From Candidatus Bathyarchaeia archaeon (GTDB lineage Archaea > Thermoproteota > Bathyarchaeia > Bathyarchaeales > Bathycorpusculaceae): a stretch of 64,000 bases of DNA. Where the stretch lies: the NCBI GenBank assembly GCA_038883655.1, contig JAVZLQ010000002.1, forward strand, positions 1-64,000, written 5' to 3'. Numbering within the stretch: the stretch's first letter is position 1; every line of letters starts with the position of its first letter. The notes beneath the pieces were generated by a model. That model worked only from the letters and a program-made list of their open reading frames with translations, did no database searches and was not told where the DNA came from. Made by a program: the position numbers and the translations under genes. Shown here piece by piece: positions 9,113-19,520 of this stretch.

Positions 9113-9517
9113 ATGAGTAAGGCGGCATCCTCTCAAGCGACCAAAATTTCTTCTTTCGTGTTAATGATAATTTTCGTGCTTTTGGCTTTGTCATTAGCTG
9201 CTCTGGTTTTGGCTTTGCAGGCCTTTGGTTATGGTGAGGATATAACTGCTGGGTATTTACTTTTGATAGGTTTTATAGGCGTGGCTTTATCTACCTATGT
9301 TTTGATGCAAATGCGAAGGCGCTTGTTGCGTTTGAGGATTGCGACTCCGCCGATAACTACGACTATTGAGTGTAAGAAGTGTGGTTTCAAGAGTGTTCGG
9401 GAGTTCCAGCGTGGCGACTACATTTTTAAGGAAGTTGAACCTTGCCAGAAATGTAACGATAAAATGTTGATAACGGCGATTTACAGGGAAGTTAAAGAAA
9501 AAGAACGCGAATGGTAG
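9113..9517 (+). CDS. Two-TM protein with C-terminal Zn ribbon
   Basis: Two hydrophobic helices then CKKC...REFQRGDYIF...CQKC; ATG at 9113 follows GAGG. Confidence 0.75.
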   Translation: MSKAASSQATKISSFVLMIIFVLLALSLAALVLALQAFGYGEDITAGYLLLIGFIGVALSTYVLMQMRRRLLRLRIATPPITTTIECKKCGFKSVREFQRGDYIFKEVEPCQKCNDKMLITAIYREVKEKEREW

Positions 9518-9527
9518 TTTTGGTTAG

Positions 9528-10442
9528 TTAGGTTAGGATTGAAGCACCTTTCTCCGTTACTAAAACAGTGTGTTCTGCTTGGGCTACGGGTTTTCTGCTA
9601 GCTTCAATGAAAACTGGGTAGCCCATAAGCGCCTTTGATGCTAAAAGTTCCTTGAATGCATGGGAATAATGTTCTTTTGGTATTGCCTCTCTTATCCAAC
9701 GTTCAGCGAATGGCAACGTTCTGAAGTTTTCTTCTATGTATTTTAGGAGTTGCCGTGCATAGGGGTTTTTCAGCGGTCTTGACTTCACAAAGCGGAATAT
9801 CGTCACTTCTTCTCCATTTTCAACGCGTCCAGCAGCGTCTGAAAAGGTAACGAAGGGTTCTATTGCGTAGACTCCTCCAAGCTTGATTTTTACTAGAGAA
9901 ATCTGCGAAATGTTCGGTATTGACGTGCCAGCGTGAACGAGATAACGCCCAACCTGGTGTCCGGTTAGGTTTGAGATGGGCCTGAAGCCTCTTGCTCTTA
10001 TCGTTTTTTCGATTACTGCGCCTATTTTTGATGTTGTCGTTTCTGGGCGAATGTTTGCTATGGCTTCTTTTAGGGCTTGTTCGGCTGTTTCAACGAGGCA
10101 GCGGTATTCTGGGTTAAAGCATACTGTTACGGCGGTGTCTGTTACATAACCGTCAACATGCGCGCCGATGTCGATTTTTACTATGGAGTTTCTTGGTATT
10201 CGCCTAGTGTCGTTTGGCGGTGATGTGTAGTGTGCTGCTATTTCATTTATTGATATGTTGCATGGAAAGGCTGGTTTTGCGCCTTTTTCCCTTATGGTTT
10301 TTTCAGCTTTCTCGCAAACCTCTATTAGGGGCATTCCTTCACGAACAAAATTTCGAATTATCTCACGTGTCTCACGTAGGATTCTTCCAGAAAGCCTAAA
10401 CTTCTCTATTGCCTCATCATCGTACTGGCTCATCCAAACCAC
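9528..10442 (-). CDS. map: Methionine aminopeptidase type II
   Basis: AFPCNIS, AAHYT, KIDIGAHVDGY.TD, LTGH, AIEPF and AQAEHT motifs. Confidence 0.95.
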   Translation of the reverse strand: MVWMSQYDDEAIEKFRLSGRILRETREIIRNFVREGMPLIEVCEKAEKTIREKGAKPAFPCNISINEIAAHYTSPPNDTRRIPRNSIVKIDIGAHVDGYVTDTAVTVCFNPEYRCLVETAEQALKEAIANIRPETTTSKIGAVIEKTIRARGFRPISNLTGHQVGRYLVHAGTSIPNISQISLVKIKLGGVYAIEPFVTFSDAAGRVENGEEVTIFRFVKSRPLKNPYARQLLKYIEENFRTLPFAERWIREAIPKEHYSHAFKELLASKALMGYPVFIEASRKPVAQAEHTVLVTEKGASILT

Positions 10443-10507
10443 GTTATATTTATTAACGCATAAGGATATATCATAGCTTTTAAAAGGTTTAGTGTGGTGC
10501 GAACAGT

Positions 10508-11179
10508 TTGGCTAAAATAACGTGGTTTGGGCATGCAGCCTTCAAGGTGGAAATTGCGGACAAAATTGTTTTGGTTGATCCTTGGCTTGATGGAAACCCA
10601 ACATCGCCAGTGAAGGCTTCAGAAATAACAAAAGCAGACATAGTTTACGTAACACATGACCATGGAGATCACTTGGGCGATGCGGTGGGCATCTGCAAAA
10701 GGACAGGTGCCACCTTCGTTGGAACATTTGAACTTGGCAATTACGCCCAAAACGAAGGCGTAAAAAACGTTGTCGGACTAAACATAGGCGGAAGCGTTGA
10801 CGTAAAAGGCTTACGCATACATGTTGTGCATGCTTTTCACACGGCTTCAAAAGGGGCGCCGACGGGCGTGATCATAGAGGACGAAGGAAAAAGTGTTTAT
10901 CACGCTGGGGATACCGGAGTTTTTGGCGACATGCAAATTATTGGAGAGCTTTACAAGCCCGATGTTGCGCTTATCCCGATTGGCGGATACTACACCATGG
11001 GCGCCTTAGAAGCGGCGGAAGCGGTTAGGCTTATCAAGCCTAAGGCGGTTATTCCAATGCATTACAAGACTTTTCCAGTTTTAGCACAGTCAGCAGACGA
11101 GTTTGTTAGGCTTGTAAGCGAAAAAGTGCATAAAGTAAAGGTTGCCGTGTTAAAGCCTGGAGAAAGCTATGAGTTTTAG
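10508..11179 (+). CDS. UPF0173 metallo-beta-lactamase-fold hydrolase
   Basis: WFGHA, THDHGDH, YHAGDT and IPMHY motifs. Confidence 0.9.
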   Translation: MAKITWFGHAAFKVEIADKIVLVDPWLDGNPTSPVKASEITKADIVYVTHDHGDHLGDAVGICKRTGATFVGTFELGNYAQNEGVKNVVGLNIGGSVDVKGLRIHVVHAFHTASKGAPTGVIIEDEGKSVYHAGDTGVFGDMQIIGELYKPDVALIPIGGYYTMGALEAAEAVRLIKPKAVIPMHYKTFPVLAQSADEFVRLVSEKVHKVKVAVLKPGESYEF

Positions 11180-11745
11180 GCTTTTGGCTTAAGAACTTTC
11201 GGTTCAAGCGTTGCGAACTCGTTTCCGCCAAGATGGAAAATCATCTTCGCCTTTTCTAGGTTGTACACGCCATCAAAGGTTCCTTTGTTTGCGTATGCCT
11301 CAACAATTTCGCCAACGAAAATTGTGTGGTCTCCAGTTGTGAACTGGTTTTGGAGTTTGCATTCTAGGTGGGCTACACACTCCTTAATTATCGGCGGTTT
11401 CACTTTCTTTGCTGGCAAGGGCGTTAAACGAGCTTCACTAAACTTGTCATGTTCTCTTCCGCTCACAACACCGCAAAATAAGGTCTCATCCAGTATTTCT
11501 ATCGTGGGAATGTTAACGACAAACTCTTTGGTTTCTTCGATTAGGCTGTGAGAGTGCCTGCGTGGCCCAATGCTTATGGCCACTAGCGGCGGGTTAATTG
11601 ATGTTGGCATAGCCCAAGCCAAAGTGATAATGTTGGGTTTTCCGCTTTTTCCGATGCATGAAACAAGGACTGTATGCATGGGGTGAAGCAATCTCAAAGC
11701 GTTAGGCGGATTAACACTAACAACATCTTTTTCTTTTATCTGCAT
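11176..11745 (-). CDS. Flavin reductase / flavoredoxin family protein
   Basis: SINPPLVAI, EFVVNIP, LEC and GDHTIFVGE motifs. Confidence 0.9.
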   Translation of the reverse strand: MQIKEKDVVSVNPPNALRLLHPMHTVLVSCIGKSGKPNIITLAWAMPTSINPPLVAISIGPRRHSHSLIEETKEFVVNIPTIEILDETLFCGVVSGREHDKFSEARLTPLPAKKVKPPIIKECVAHLECKLQNQFTTGDHTIFVGEIVEAYANKGTFDGVYNLEKAKMIFHLGGNEFATLEPKVLKPKA

Positions 11746-11764
11746 ATTCGCATTTCTCCTCCCT

Positions 11765-12895
11765 TTAACGTTTTATGTGGAATTTTTCCACGATGTTTCG
11801 GGCTTTTTCCCGTTTCTTCTGGTGTTCGGAGAGGAACTTGTTAACTCTTTCGGTTAGTTCCGTTTTGCATTCTCCGCAAAGGATTTCACCGTTTTTGCAT
11901 TGTCTTTCCTTCTCAAGAAGCTTCTTGTCATCTTCCTCGAAGATGAAGTAGAAATACTGAAAAACCGTGCAAATGCTCGGGTCGCCGCCGAGTTTTCGCT
12001 GCTCCTCAACAGTCGCCCGCCCACCAGTGAAGGCGTTCCAAATCTTCCGCTTAACAACATCTGGCGGGTCAACCGTGAAAATGGATGTTTCTGGCTCTGA
12101 AGCACTCATCTTTCCGCCTACACCCAAACCTGGCAAGAATCGGCAGTGAATCTGCGCCGGCTTGTAATAGCCAAGTTTCGGAGCAACATCACGCGTTATA
12201 CGCCAGTACGGGTCTTGGTCTATGGCGGCTGGAATCAAAGCTGGAACGTTCTCGCCAGTCAACTTCGCATGGATAAAGCATGGGACAGCTTGGATGGCCG
12301 GCCAGAAAATCCAGCCTATGTTTGTGCTTTCTTGAAAGCCGAATGTGGCTTTTGCCGTGGAGTATGTTACGCGTTTTGCAACTTCAAGGGCAATGTCATA
12401 AAGCAAGTCGATATCTTGTACGTCAAATATTATGAAGGTGTTTTCTGGCTTAAAGCCCAAGGCTATTAGGTCAAGGGCGTTTTCATAAGCGAAGTTCGTG
12501 GCCTCCTTAAGTTCAAGCGCGTCGTCAACGACAAATTTCTCGTCATCAGTCATCTGGAAATAAAGCCTAGTGCTAAACTTCTCCTGCAAGTGCCTAGTGA
12601 AAATCCATGGAACAAGATGTCCAATGTGCACTGGACCAGAAGGGCCACGTCCAGTGTAAAGGACGAATTTTATTCCTTTCTCGTAAAGGTCTAAAACAGT
12701 ATCCAAATCACGGTGAGAAAAGAAAAGCCTTCGCCTAAGCTGAAGATGAAGCTCACCAGTATATTTCGATATTTTCTGTATCAGTTCGTCTGTTAAGGGC
12801 TGCGTTCCAAACTCGCGTATTAGGCGTTCATAGTCAACTTTGCCCCTAACTTCCCATGGAGTGACAACCATCTCATTTCTATTTTCGCCAGCCAA
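11765..12895 (-). CDS. trpS: Tryptophan--tRNA ligase
   Basis: VTPW, YTGRGPS, HIGH, AIDQDPY and KMSAS motifs. Confidence 0.97.
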   Translation of the reverse strand: MAGENRNEMVVTPWEVRGKVDYERLIREFGTQPLTDELIQKISKYTGELHLQLRRRLFFSHRDLDTVLDLYEKGIKFVLYTGRGPSGPVHIGHLVPWIFTRHLQEKFSTRLYFQMTDDEKFVVDDALELKEATNFAYENALDLIALGFKPENTFIIFDVQDIDLLYDIALEVAKRVTYSTAKATFGFQESTNIGWIFWPAIQAVPCFIHAKLTGENVPALIPAAIDQDPYWRITRDVAPKLGYYKPAQIHCRFLPGLGVGGKMSASEPETSIFTVDPPDVVKRKIWNAFTGGRATVEEQRKLGGDPSICTVFQYFYFIFEEDDKKLLEKERQCKNGEILCGECKTELTERVNKFLSEHQKKREKARNIVEKFHIKR

Positions 12896-13010
12896 ATCAC
12901 GCGCCGTCCAAGCTTTAGCTTCTTATACAATTCCCAGAAAAAGTATTAAGTTTTGTGCGAAAATACACGCGTGGAATAAGCTATAAATATGTTTTCGCAT
13001 TTTTATGCGC

Positions 13011-13090
13011 TGCTGGTGAAGTGATGCCCCGCCAATTTACATAAAAGAGAAGGCTTTTTCCGGCGCGAACCTAGCGTGGCACATGCATAC
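13011..13090 (+). promoter_or_regulatory. Candidate structured 5' leader of pheS with uORF MPRQFT (13024-13044)
   Basis: TATA-like TATAAATA at 12982-12989, GGTGA RBS at 13015-13019, ATG CCC CGC CAA TTT ACA TAA, and short nested complementary segments. Confidence 0.4.
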
Positions 13091-13155
13091 TTTTATTAAA
13101 AATGAAATAACTACAATACAAAGCCCAAAAGCCAACATTAAAGAGGTGAAAGAAG

Positions 13156-14679
13156 ATGCTTAAACTGCGAGAACAAGAACACAAAACGCTATTGGCTCTA
13201 GAAAAGCTCAAAGGAAAGGCTTCACTCGAACAAATTGTAAAAGAGAGCGGTTTGCCGGACGCCGCAGTTATGCGTGCAGCCCTAACACTGAAGGAAAAGG
13301 GAATTCTAAAGATTGCAGAAGAAAAGCGGACAGTTGCAACTTTAACAAGCGAAGGGCAGGAGTATGCAAAGAAAGGGCTTCCAGAACGAAGAATCTTAAA
13401 TGCACTTTGCAGTTTAGGCGGAAAAGCCAAAATAGCGCAAATCGCGGAAAATGCCGGAATTCCATCCGAAGCCGTTCCTTTGGCTTTAGGATGGATTATA
13501 AAAAAGAATTGGGCTGTTCTAAACAAAGAAAAGAATATACTGGCTTTGACAGAATATACATCTGTAAAAAAGCCGCCGAAGGGCAGCGACGAAAAACTTT
13601 TGAAACTTCTGGCAGACAAAGGCAAAATAACATTGGAAGAGGTCGGCAAAAGCCTTCAAGAGGCTGCAGAAGTTCTAAAAAGGCGTAAACTCTTAGAAAC
13701 AAGAGAAAAAGCATTCTACACGCTTGAACTTACAGACAAAGGGCGCAAACTACTCAAAAAAGGCGTAAAAACCACAGAAGAAGTTACACAACTCACGCCA
13801 GAACTAATAATAACTGGAAAATGGCGACAAATAAAACTCCGAAAATTCGACATAACAGCACCAGGACCAGCAGTTTATCCGGGCAAGGTTCACCCGCTAC
13901 AGCAAATCATCCAGCGCGCCCGCGAAATCTTCCTAGAAATGGGGTTCACAGAAATCCGCGGGCCGCTTGTTGAAACTGCCTTCTGGAACTTTGATGCCCT
14001 ATTTCAGCCGCAGGATCACCCGGCCAGAGAGATGATGGATACGTTTTATTTGGCAAATCCAGATGCGGGTAGGCTTCCCTCAAAAGCTATTGTGAATGCT
14101 GTTGCAAAGGTGCATGAGAACGGTTGGACAACTGGTTCCAAGGGTTGGCGTTACAAATGGAGCCACAAAGAAGCGCGGAGACTTGTTTTGAGGACGCATA
14201 CAACCGCTGAAACAATAAAGTATTTGGCGACGCATAAGAAGCCGCCGATAAAAGTTTTTTCTGTGGATAGGGTTTACAGGAATGAGCAAGTAACGTACAA
14301 GCACTTGGCGGAGTTCCACCAGATTGAAGGCATAGTTGTCGACAAGAGAGTTACACTCCGCGACTTAATGGGAACACTAAAAACTTTCTACACAAAGTTT
14401 GGGCTGGAGAAGATAGAGTTTTGGCCGAGCTACTTCCCATACACTGAACCTTCAGCCCAAGCTGTGGCTTACCATCCAAAGCTTAAGCGTTGGATCGAAC
14501 TCTGCGGGATGGGCATGTTCAGACCAGAAGTTCTTGCGCCGATGGGAATTAAATATCCGGTTCTTGCGTGGGGAGGGGGACTTGAACGCTTGGCGATGAT
14601 TGAGCTTGGCGTGGATGACATTAGAATGCTTTATGGAAACCGTTTAGACTGGATTAGGAGGACACCCATATGCCTGTAA
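13156..14679 (+). CDS. pheS: Phenylalanine--tRNA ligase alpha subunit
   Basis: HPL, FWNFDALFQPQDHPARE, LRTHTT, EFHQIEG, FPYTEPS and GLERLAM motifs. Confidence 0.98.
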   Translation: MLKLREQEHKTLLALEKLKGKASLEQIVKESGLPDAAVMRAALTLKEKGILKIAEEKRTVATLTSEGQEYAKKGLPERRILNALCSLGGKAKIAQIAENAGIPSEAVPLALGWIIKKNWAVLNKEKNILALTEYTSVKKPPKGSDEKLLKLLADKGKITLEEVGKSLQEAAEVLKRRKLLETREKAFYTLELTDKGRKLLKKGVKTTEEVTQLTPELIITGKWRQIKLRKFDITAPGPAVYPGKVHPLQQIIQRAREIFLEMGFTEIRGPLVETAFWNFDALFQPQDHPAREMMDTFYLANPDAGRLPSKAIVNAVAKVHENGWTTGSKGWRYKWSHKEARRLVLRTHTTAETIKYLATHKKPPIKVFSVDRVYRNEQVTYKHLAEFHQIEGIVVDKRVTLRDLMGTLKTFYTKFGLEKIEFWPSYFPYTEPSAQAVAYHPKLKRWIELCGMGMFRPEVLAPMGIKYPVLAWGGGLERLAMIELGVDDIRMLYGNRLDWIRRTPICL

Positions 14680-16337
14680 TCACGCTTAAAGTGGAAAGAT
14701 TCTCAAAGTTCATGAACAGAAAAGTGACAGTTAAGGACATGGTTGAGTGGCTTCCATGGATAGGCTTTGATGTGGAGGAGACCGGCGAAGACTATGTTAA
14801 GGTTGAGTACAACCCAAACCGCATTGACTATTGCAGCTACGCTGGAGTGGCAAGAGCCCTAAAAGGCTTTTTGGAAATTGAAACTGGAATGCCAAGGTAC
14901 AAGGCTGAAGAACCGAAAACAACGCTGATTATCGACGAGGCTGTTGCTGAGGTTAGACCATACATGCTTGCCGCCGTGGTTCGCAACATAAAACTCGACG
15001 AGGAAGCGGTTGTCGAACTCATGGAAATGCAAGAGGACTTGCACTGGGGACTTGGTAGAGACCGCAAAAAAGTTTCAATTGGAATACACAACCTAGACGT
15101 GGTTAAACCGCCATTCACCTACACGGCTGTCCCGCCAGAAAGCGTCAAGTTTGTTCCTTTAGGAAAAGCTGAAGAAATGAACTTGAAGGAAATCCTAGAA
15201 AAGCATGAAAAGGGCATAGCCTATAGGCATCTAATAGACTGGGCGCCACGTTACCCGCTGCTCATCGACAGCCAAAAAAATGTTCTTTCAATGCCGCCAA
15301 TAATAAATGGTGAACTAACAAGGGTCAGCGCCGAAACGCGAAACCTCTTCTTGGATGTTACTGGCTTAAGTTTTGAAGCTGTTGAAAAGAGCCTAAACAT
15401 TCTTGTGGCAGCTCTGATCGATATGGGTGGAAAAATAGAGAAAGTAAACGTGAAAACCGCTGAAGGCACTATTGTTTCGCCGAGGCTTGCGCCTGAAAAG
15501 ATGCGTTTAAGGGTTGAATATGCGAATAGGCTGCTTGGACTGGAACTTTCGGAAAAAGAAGCGATAAAATGCCTACAGAAATGCAGGCTGGACGCGAAGG
15601 AAATAGGCGACGGAATTCTAGAGGTTGCAGTGCCGCCTTACAGAATTGATGTGTTGCACGAGGTGGATTTGGTTGAGGAAGTCGCCATAGGCTACGGCTA
15701 TTATAGGCTTAAGCCAACAATACCCGCCGCCGTAACGGTTGGAGAACCACATTCAGCGCATGCCTTAGCGGATGTTGCACGCCAAATAATGGTTGGCTTG
15801 GGCTTCTTGGAAATGATGAACTTCACGTTAACAAATGAACGAGTGCACTATCAGATGATGCGCATCAAAGAGCAGAAACCAGTAAAACTTGCAAATCCAG
15901 TTTCAGCAGAATACTCAATAATGCGCCAGTGGCTCTTGCCGGGGCTTATGAAGAACCTAGCTGAAAATAAGCATGAAAGTTTCCCGCAAAGGCTTTTCGA
16001 GGTTTCGGACGTGACGCGAATAAACGCGAAAATGGAAACAATGTGCGAGCGTAGACTTCACATTGCAGCGGTTTCATCCCACGCCACAGCAAACTTCACA
16101 GAAATAAAATCTTTCGCGGAAGCTCTCCTCGCAAATATGGGACTGAAAAACTGGCAAATCAAAGCCGCAAAACATCCAAGCTTCATAGAAGGCAGAACAG
16201 CCGCCATCCACATAAAAGGCAAAAGGCTAGGCATTTTAGGCGAAATTCATCCAGAAGTCCTAAACAACTTCGAAATCGAAAACCCAACAGCAGCCCTCGA
16301 AATAGACCTAGAAGCACTAATAAAACAAAAAACCTAG
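14670..16337 (+). CDS. pheT: Phenylalanine--tRNA ligase beta subunit
   Basis: PNRID, SMPPIIN, RIDVLHEVDLVEEVAIGYGY and GEIHP motifs; overlaps pheS. Confidence 0.97.
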   Translation: MPVITLKVERFSKFMNRKVTVKDMVEWLPWIGFDVEETGEDYVKVEYNPNRIDYCSYAGVARALKGFLEIETGMPRYKAEEPKTTLIIDEAVAEVRPYMLAAVVRNIKLDEEAVVELMEMQEDLHWGLGRDRKKVSIGIHNLDVVKPPFTYTAVPPESVKFVPLGKAEEMNLKEILEKHEKGIAYRHLIDWAPRYPLLIDSQKNVLSMPPIINGELTRVSAETRNLFLDVTGLSFEAVEKSLNILVAALIDMGGKIEKVNVKTAEGTIVSPRLAPEKMRLRVEYANRLLGLELSEKEAIKCLQKCRLDAKEIGDGILEVAVPPYRIDVLHEVDLVEEVAIGYGYYRLKPTIPAAVTVGEPHSAHALADVARQIMVGLGFLEMMNFTLTNERVHYQMMRIKEQKPVKLANPVSAEYSIMRQWLLPGLMKNLAENKHESFPQRLFEVSDVTRINAKMETMCERRLHIAAVSSHATANFTEIKSFAEALLANMGLKNWQIKAAKHPSFIEGRTAAIHIKGKRLGILGEIHPEVLNNFEIENPTAALEIDLEALIKQKT

Positions 16338-16499
16338 AGGGGCTTCCATTTTAGTAAAAATGGATAGCTAAAATTATAAGAAAACAATTAAAACAGTCAT
16401 CACAATACTCTTCTATTAATGTCTTCTAACAGAACTTTCAGCAAAATCATTTATTGAGAAAGTAAAGTTTTATAGTTTTGAATATGCTCATGAATGTTT

Positions 16500-16818
16500 G
16501 GCGGTGGGTCTTAGGCGGGGGGCTAGGGGTCCCCTGTACCGTAAACCCTCTATATGACGGGCCGAAAGCTGGGGCTGAGGCGTCTGTGGACGCCTACAAC
16601 CTCCACTTCCGAAGCCTTGACTACCCGTCCCTTGGGGCTGGCGGTCGCTGGGCTGCTTCCGTAGGGAAGCTGTTTCCAGCGTTTACCAGGCGAAACTGGC
16701 CAGGCCCGGGAGGGAGCAACCTAAGTTTGGACGTTCGGCGCTCAAGGGGGTGCGGGTACGAGTGTAGGGTTTGGGGGTTAGGCGTATTCTGGGCGTCGAA
16801 CCCCAGTGACCCACCGCC
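16500..16818 (+). ncRNA. ffs: Archaeal signal recognition particle (7S) RNA
   Basis: Terminal helix GGCGGTGGGTC/GACCCACCGCC, helix-8 motif GGCCAGGCCC-GGGA-GGGAGCAACC, helix 6 with GTAG loop; followed by a T-tract. Confidence 0.95.
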
Positions 16819-16860
16819 CTTTTAAATATTTATCGCATTATTATTATCATGTGAGGCGTT

Positions 16861-18387
16861 ATGGGCTTTCGTGAAGGCTTTTTGTGGGGTGTTTCTGAGA
16901 GTGGTTTCCAGTTTGAGATGGGTGATGCTGCTGGGCGGAATGTGGATGCTAATACTGATTGGTTTGTTTGGGTTCATGATGCTGAAAACATAAGGCGTGG
17001 CATAGTGAGCGGTGACCCTCCAGAAAATGGTATAGACTATTGGAGCTTATACGCGAAGGACCATGGTTTGGCTAGGCGCCTTGGGTTAAACGCCTATAGA
17101 ATCGGCATTGAGTGGAGCCGTGTTTTCCCCGATAGCACAAGAACTGTTGAGGTTAGCATTGAAACTGCCTCTGACGGCAACTTTTCAAAAGTTGATGTTG
17201 ACGATAAGGCTTTGGAAGAGCTTGAAAAGTTGGCGAACAAGGAAGCGCTAGACCATTATAGGGCGATAATAAACGATTTGCGGGAGAAGGGATTCAAGGT
17301 TTTTGTTTGCCTAAACCATTTTACGCTTCCATTGTGGGTTCACGACCCAATAACTGCGCGTAACACAAAGCTAAAGCGTGGCGCACGTGGATGGCTTGAC
17401 AAGTCAGCAATAGTTGAGTTTACAAAGTACGTGGCTTATGTGGCTTGGAAACTCGGAGACATCGTTGATAACTGGGCGGTTTTCAATGAGCCTATGGCAA
17501 TGTGCGAAGCGGGCTACATGATTCCAGAGTCTGGTTTTCCGCCTGGAGTGAGCAGTTTCAGAGCCGTCAAAGAAGCAGCCAGAAATATAGCTGTTGCGTA
17601 TGCACGCGCGTATGACGCAATAAAAAGGTTGGATACTGCGAAAGCTGATGATGGTAGTCCGAGTCCAGCAAACGTTGGGCTAATACATAATGTGATACCA
17701 GCGAAGGCTTTTGACGAGAAAGATGAAGTTCACGTTAAAGCAGCCAAGTTTATGGATAACATGCATAACCACTTCTTTCCACAAGCTGTGGCGGATGGCT
17801 GGCTTGACGAAAACTTCAACGGTATAAGGGAGAAAGCAGAAGTAAAAAGTTATTTGGGACGGCGTTTGGACTGGCTTGGCGTGAACTATTATACGCGCTT
17901 TGTGATTAGTGGGAGAAAGTCCCTATTAGCAAAAGTTTTCGCTGGAATTCCGGCTATACCAGAAATAATGCAGAACTACGGTTTCGCGTGTCGTCCTAAC
18001 AGCAAATCAGCCGCTGGACTGCCCACCTCCGACCTTGGATGGGAAATCTACCCAGAAGGAATTGTTGAAGCCTTAAAGGGCATGCAGCGGTATGGTTGTC
18101 TGCTTTACGTTACAGAGAACGGCATAGCAGACGCGAAGGACGAGCTTAGACCAAACTTCATTATCGACCACTTAAAAGCCATCGAGAAAGCTGTTGGCGA
18201 GGAGAAGGTTGATGTTCGCGGGTATTTCCATTGGGCTTTAACTGACAATTACGAGTGGGCTAGGGGTTTCAAAATGAAGTTTGGTTTGTTCGCAGTTGAC
18301 CTTGAAACCAAAAAGCGTACAATGCGGAAAAGCGCCAAGATCTACAAGAAAATGATAGGGGAAATGGCAGAAACCTGGAGGGGGTAG
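16861..18387 (+). CDS. GH1 beta-glycosidase (archaeal beta-galactosidase type)
   Basis: SGFQFEMG, RIGIEWSR, NEP and VTENG catalytic motifs, DNYEW. Confidence 0.95.
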   Translation: MGFREGFLWGVSESGFQFEMGDAAGRNVDANTDWFVWVHDAENIRRGIVSGDPPENGIDYWSLYAKDHGLARRLGLNAYRIGIEWSRVFPDSTRTVEVSIETASDGNFSKVDVDDKALEELEKLANKEALDHYRAIINDLREKGFKVFVCLNHFTLPLWVHDPITARNTKLKRGARGWLDKSAIVEFTKYVAYVAWKLGDIVDNWAVFNEPMAMCEAGYMIPESGFPPGVSSFRAVKEAARNIAVAYARAYDAIKRLDTAKADDGSPSPANVGLIHNVIPAKAFDEKDEVHVKAAKFMDNMHNHFFPQAVADGWLDENFNGIREKAEVKSYLGRRLDWLGVNYYTRFVISGRKSLLAKVFAGIPAIPEIMQNYGFACRPNSKSAAGLPTSDLGWEIYPEGIVEALKGMQRYGCLLYVTENGIADAKDELRPNFIIDHLKAIEKAVGEEKVDVRGYFHWALTDNYEWARGFKMKFGLFAVDLETKKRTMRKSAKIYKKMIGEMAETWRG

Positions 18388-18481
18388 GCACTATTGGTTT
18401 TGCGGCAAACCAAAAATGTTGGGGTTTCGGAAAATGCTAAATCCCCTTTAGATGCATATCCTAACATCGCGTGGTTTCAAC

Positions 18482-19519
18482 ATGATCCACAACGAGGTGC
18501 GTAGGGATTATCTGCTTGACCGCTGGGTTGTCATAGCCACAGAACGTGGTCGCCGCCCAACAGACTTCGCAAAACAAGAACGCCAAAAGGCAAAGGCTGC
18601 TGTTTGCCCGCTCTGTCCAGGAAACGAGCATATGACCCCCCCAGCAGTTCTCGTCTATTTAAAAAGCAAGGAGGGCGTAAAGAAAAGCGCTGATGATGAC
18701 GGTTTTAGGCATAGGGATTGGCTTGTTCGGTGCATCCCAAACCTTTATCCAGCTTTCACTCCTCCGAAGGAAGAATCTAAATTTAGGAAAGCCAGCGTAA
18801 GGGGGCGTTTAACCCCAGCAGTTGGGCATCACGAGGTTCTTGTTGAATCACCAACGCATGATGCGCACCCTTCAGACGCAGAAATTCCTCAGCTGATACA
18901 CGTTGTTAACGCTTACGTTGATAGGCTCCGTGCCCTTTCCGAAAAGCCATATGTAAAGTATGTTTCAATATTTCGCAATCACGGTTTAGAGGCTGGAGCG
19001 TCGCTTTCCCATGCACACAGCCAGATAATAGCAACGCCTTCGATTCCAAAAATTTTGAGTGAGGAGCTTGCCGCAAGCAGAAGGTTCCACCAAAGGAATG
19101 GAAAATGCGTTTTTTGCCATGTCTTGGAAGAGGAGACGGATGGACCAAGGTTCATTTTTGAAAACGGCAGTTTTGCGGTTTTTGCTCCGTGGGCAAGCGT
19201 CCACCCAATGGAGTTTTGGATTTTTCCCAAAAAGCATGAGGCTACACTTCTCGAGATGGATAAAGATGAAGTCAAAGCCTTCGCTGAAACTTTGAAGGCT
19301 TGTTTAGGTGCTTTAAAGAGGCTCGTTAATGACCCGCCGTACAATTATGGCTTTCACCTAGCCATAAACGAGGATGCACGCGACTATTATCATTGGCACT
19401 TGGAAGTTTACCCAAAACTTGCGATATGGGCTGGCTTCGAAAAAAGCACGGGAATGTATATCAATACTGTCTCGCCAGAAGTTGCAGCTCAAAGCCTAAA
19501 AGAAGCAATCTCACATTAG
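18482..19519 (+). CDS. galT: Galactose-1-phosphate uridylyltransferase-like (GalT/HIT superfamily)
   Basis: RGRRP, CPLCPGNE and GASLSHAHSQ (HxHxQ) motifs. Confidence 0.9.
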   Translation: MIHNEVRRDYLLDRWVVIATERGRRPTDFAKQERQKAKAAVCPLCPGNEHMTPPAVLVYLKSKEGVKKSADDDGFRHRDWLVRCIPNLYPAFTPPKEESKFRKASVRGRLTPAVGHHEVLVESPTHDAHPSDAEIPQLIHVVNAYVDRLRALSEKPYVKYVSIFRNHGLEAGASLSHAHSQIIATPSIPKILSEELAASRRFHQRNGKCVFCHVLEEETDGPRFIFENGSFAVFAPWASVHPMEFWIFPKKHEATLLEMDKDEVKAFAETLKACLGALKRLVNDPPYNYGFHLAINEDARDYYHWHLEVYPKLAIWAGFEKSTGMYINTVSPEVAAQSLKEAISH

Positions 19520-19520
19520 C

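Noticed and set aside
13005-13019. Tiny MRCW uORF, or a T-box-like UGGN element near trpS/pheS
   Set aside because: It begins upstream of the predicted TSS and is on the opposite strand to trpS; no T-box specifier structure is visible.
16478-16825. 115 aa GC-rich ORF
   Set aside because: It coincides with the SRP RNA.
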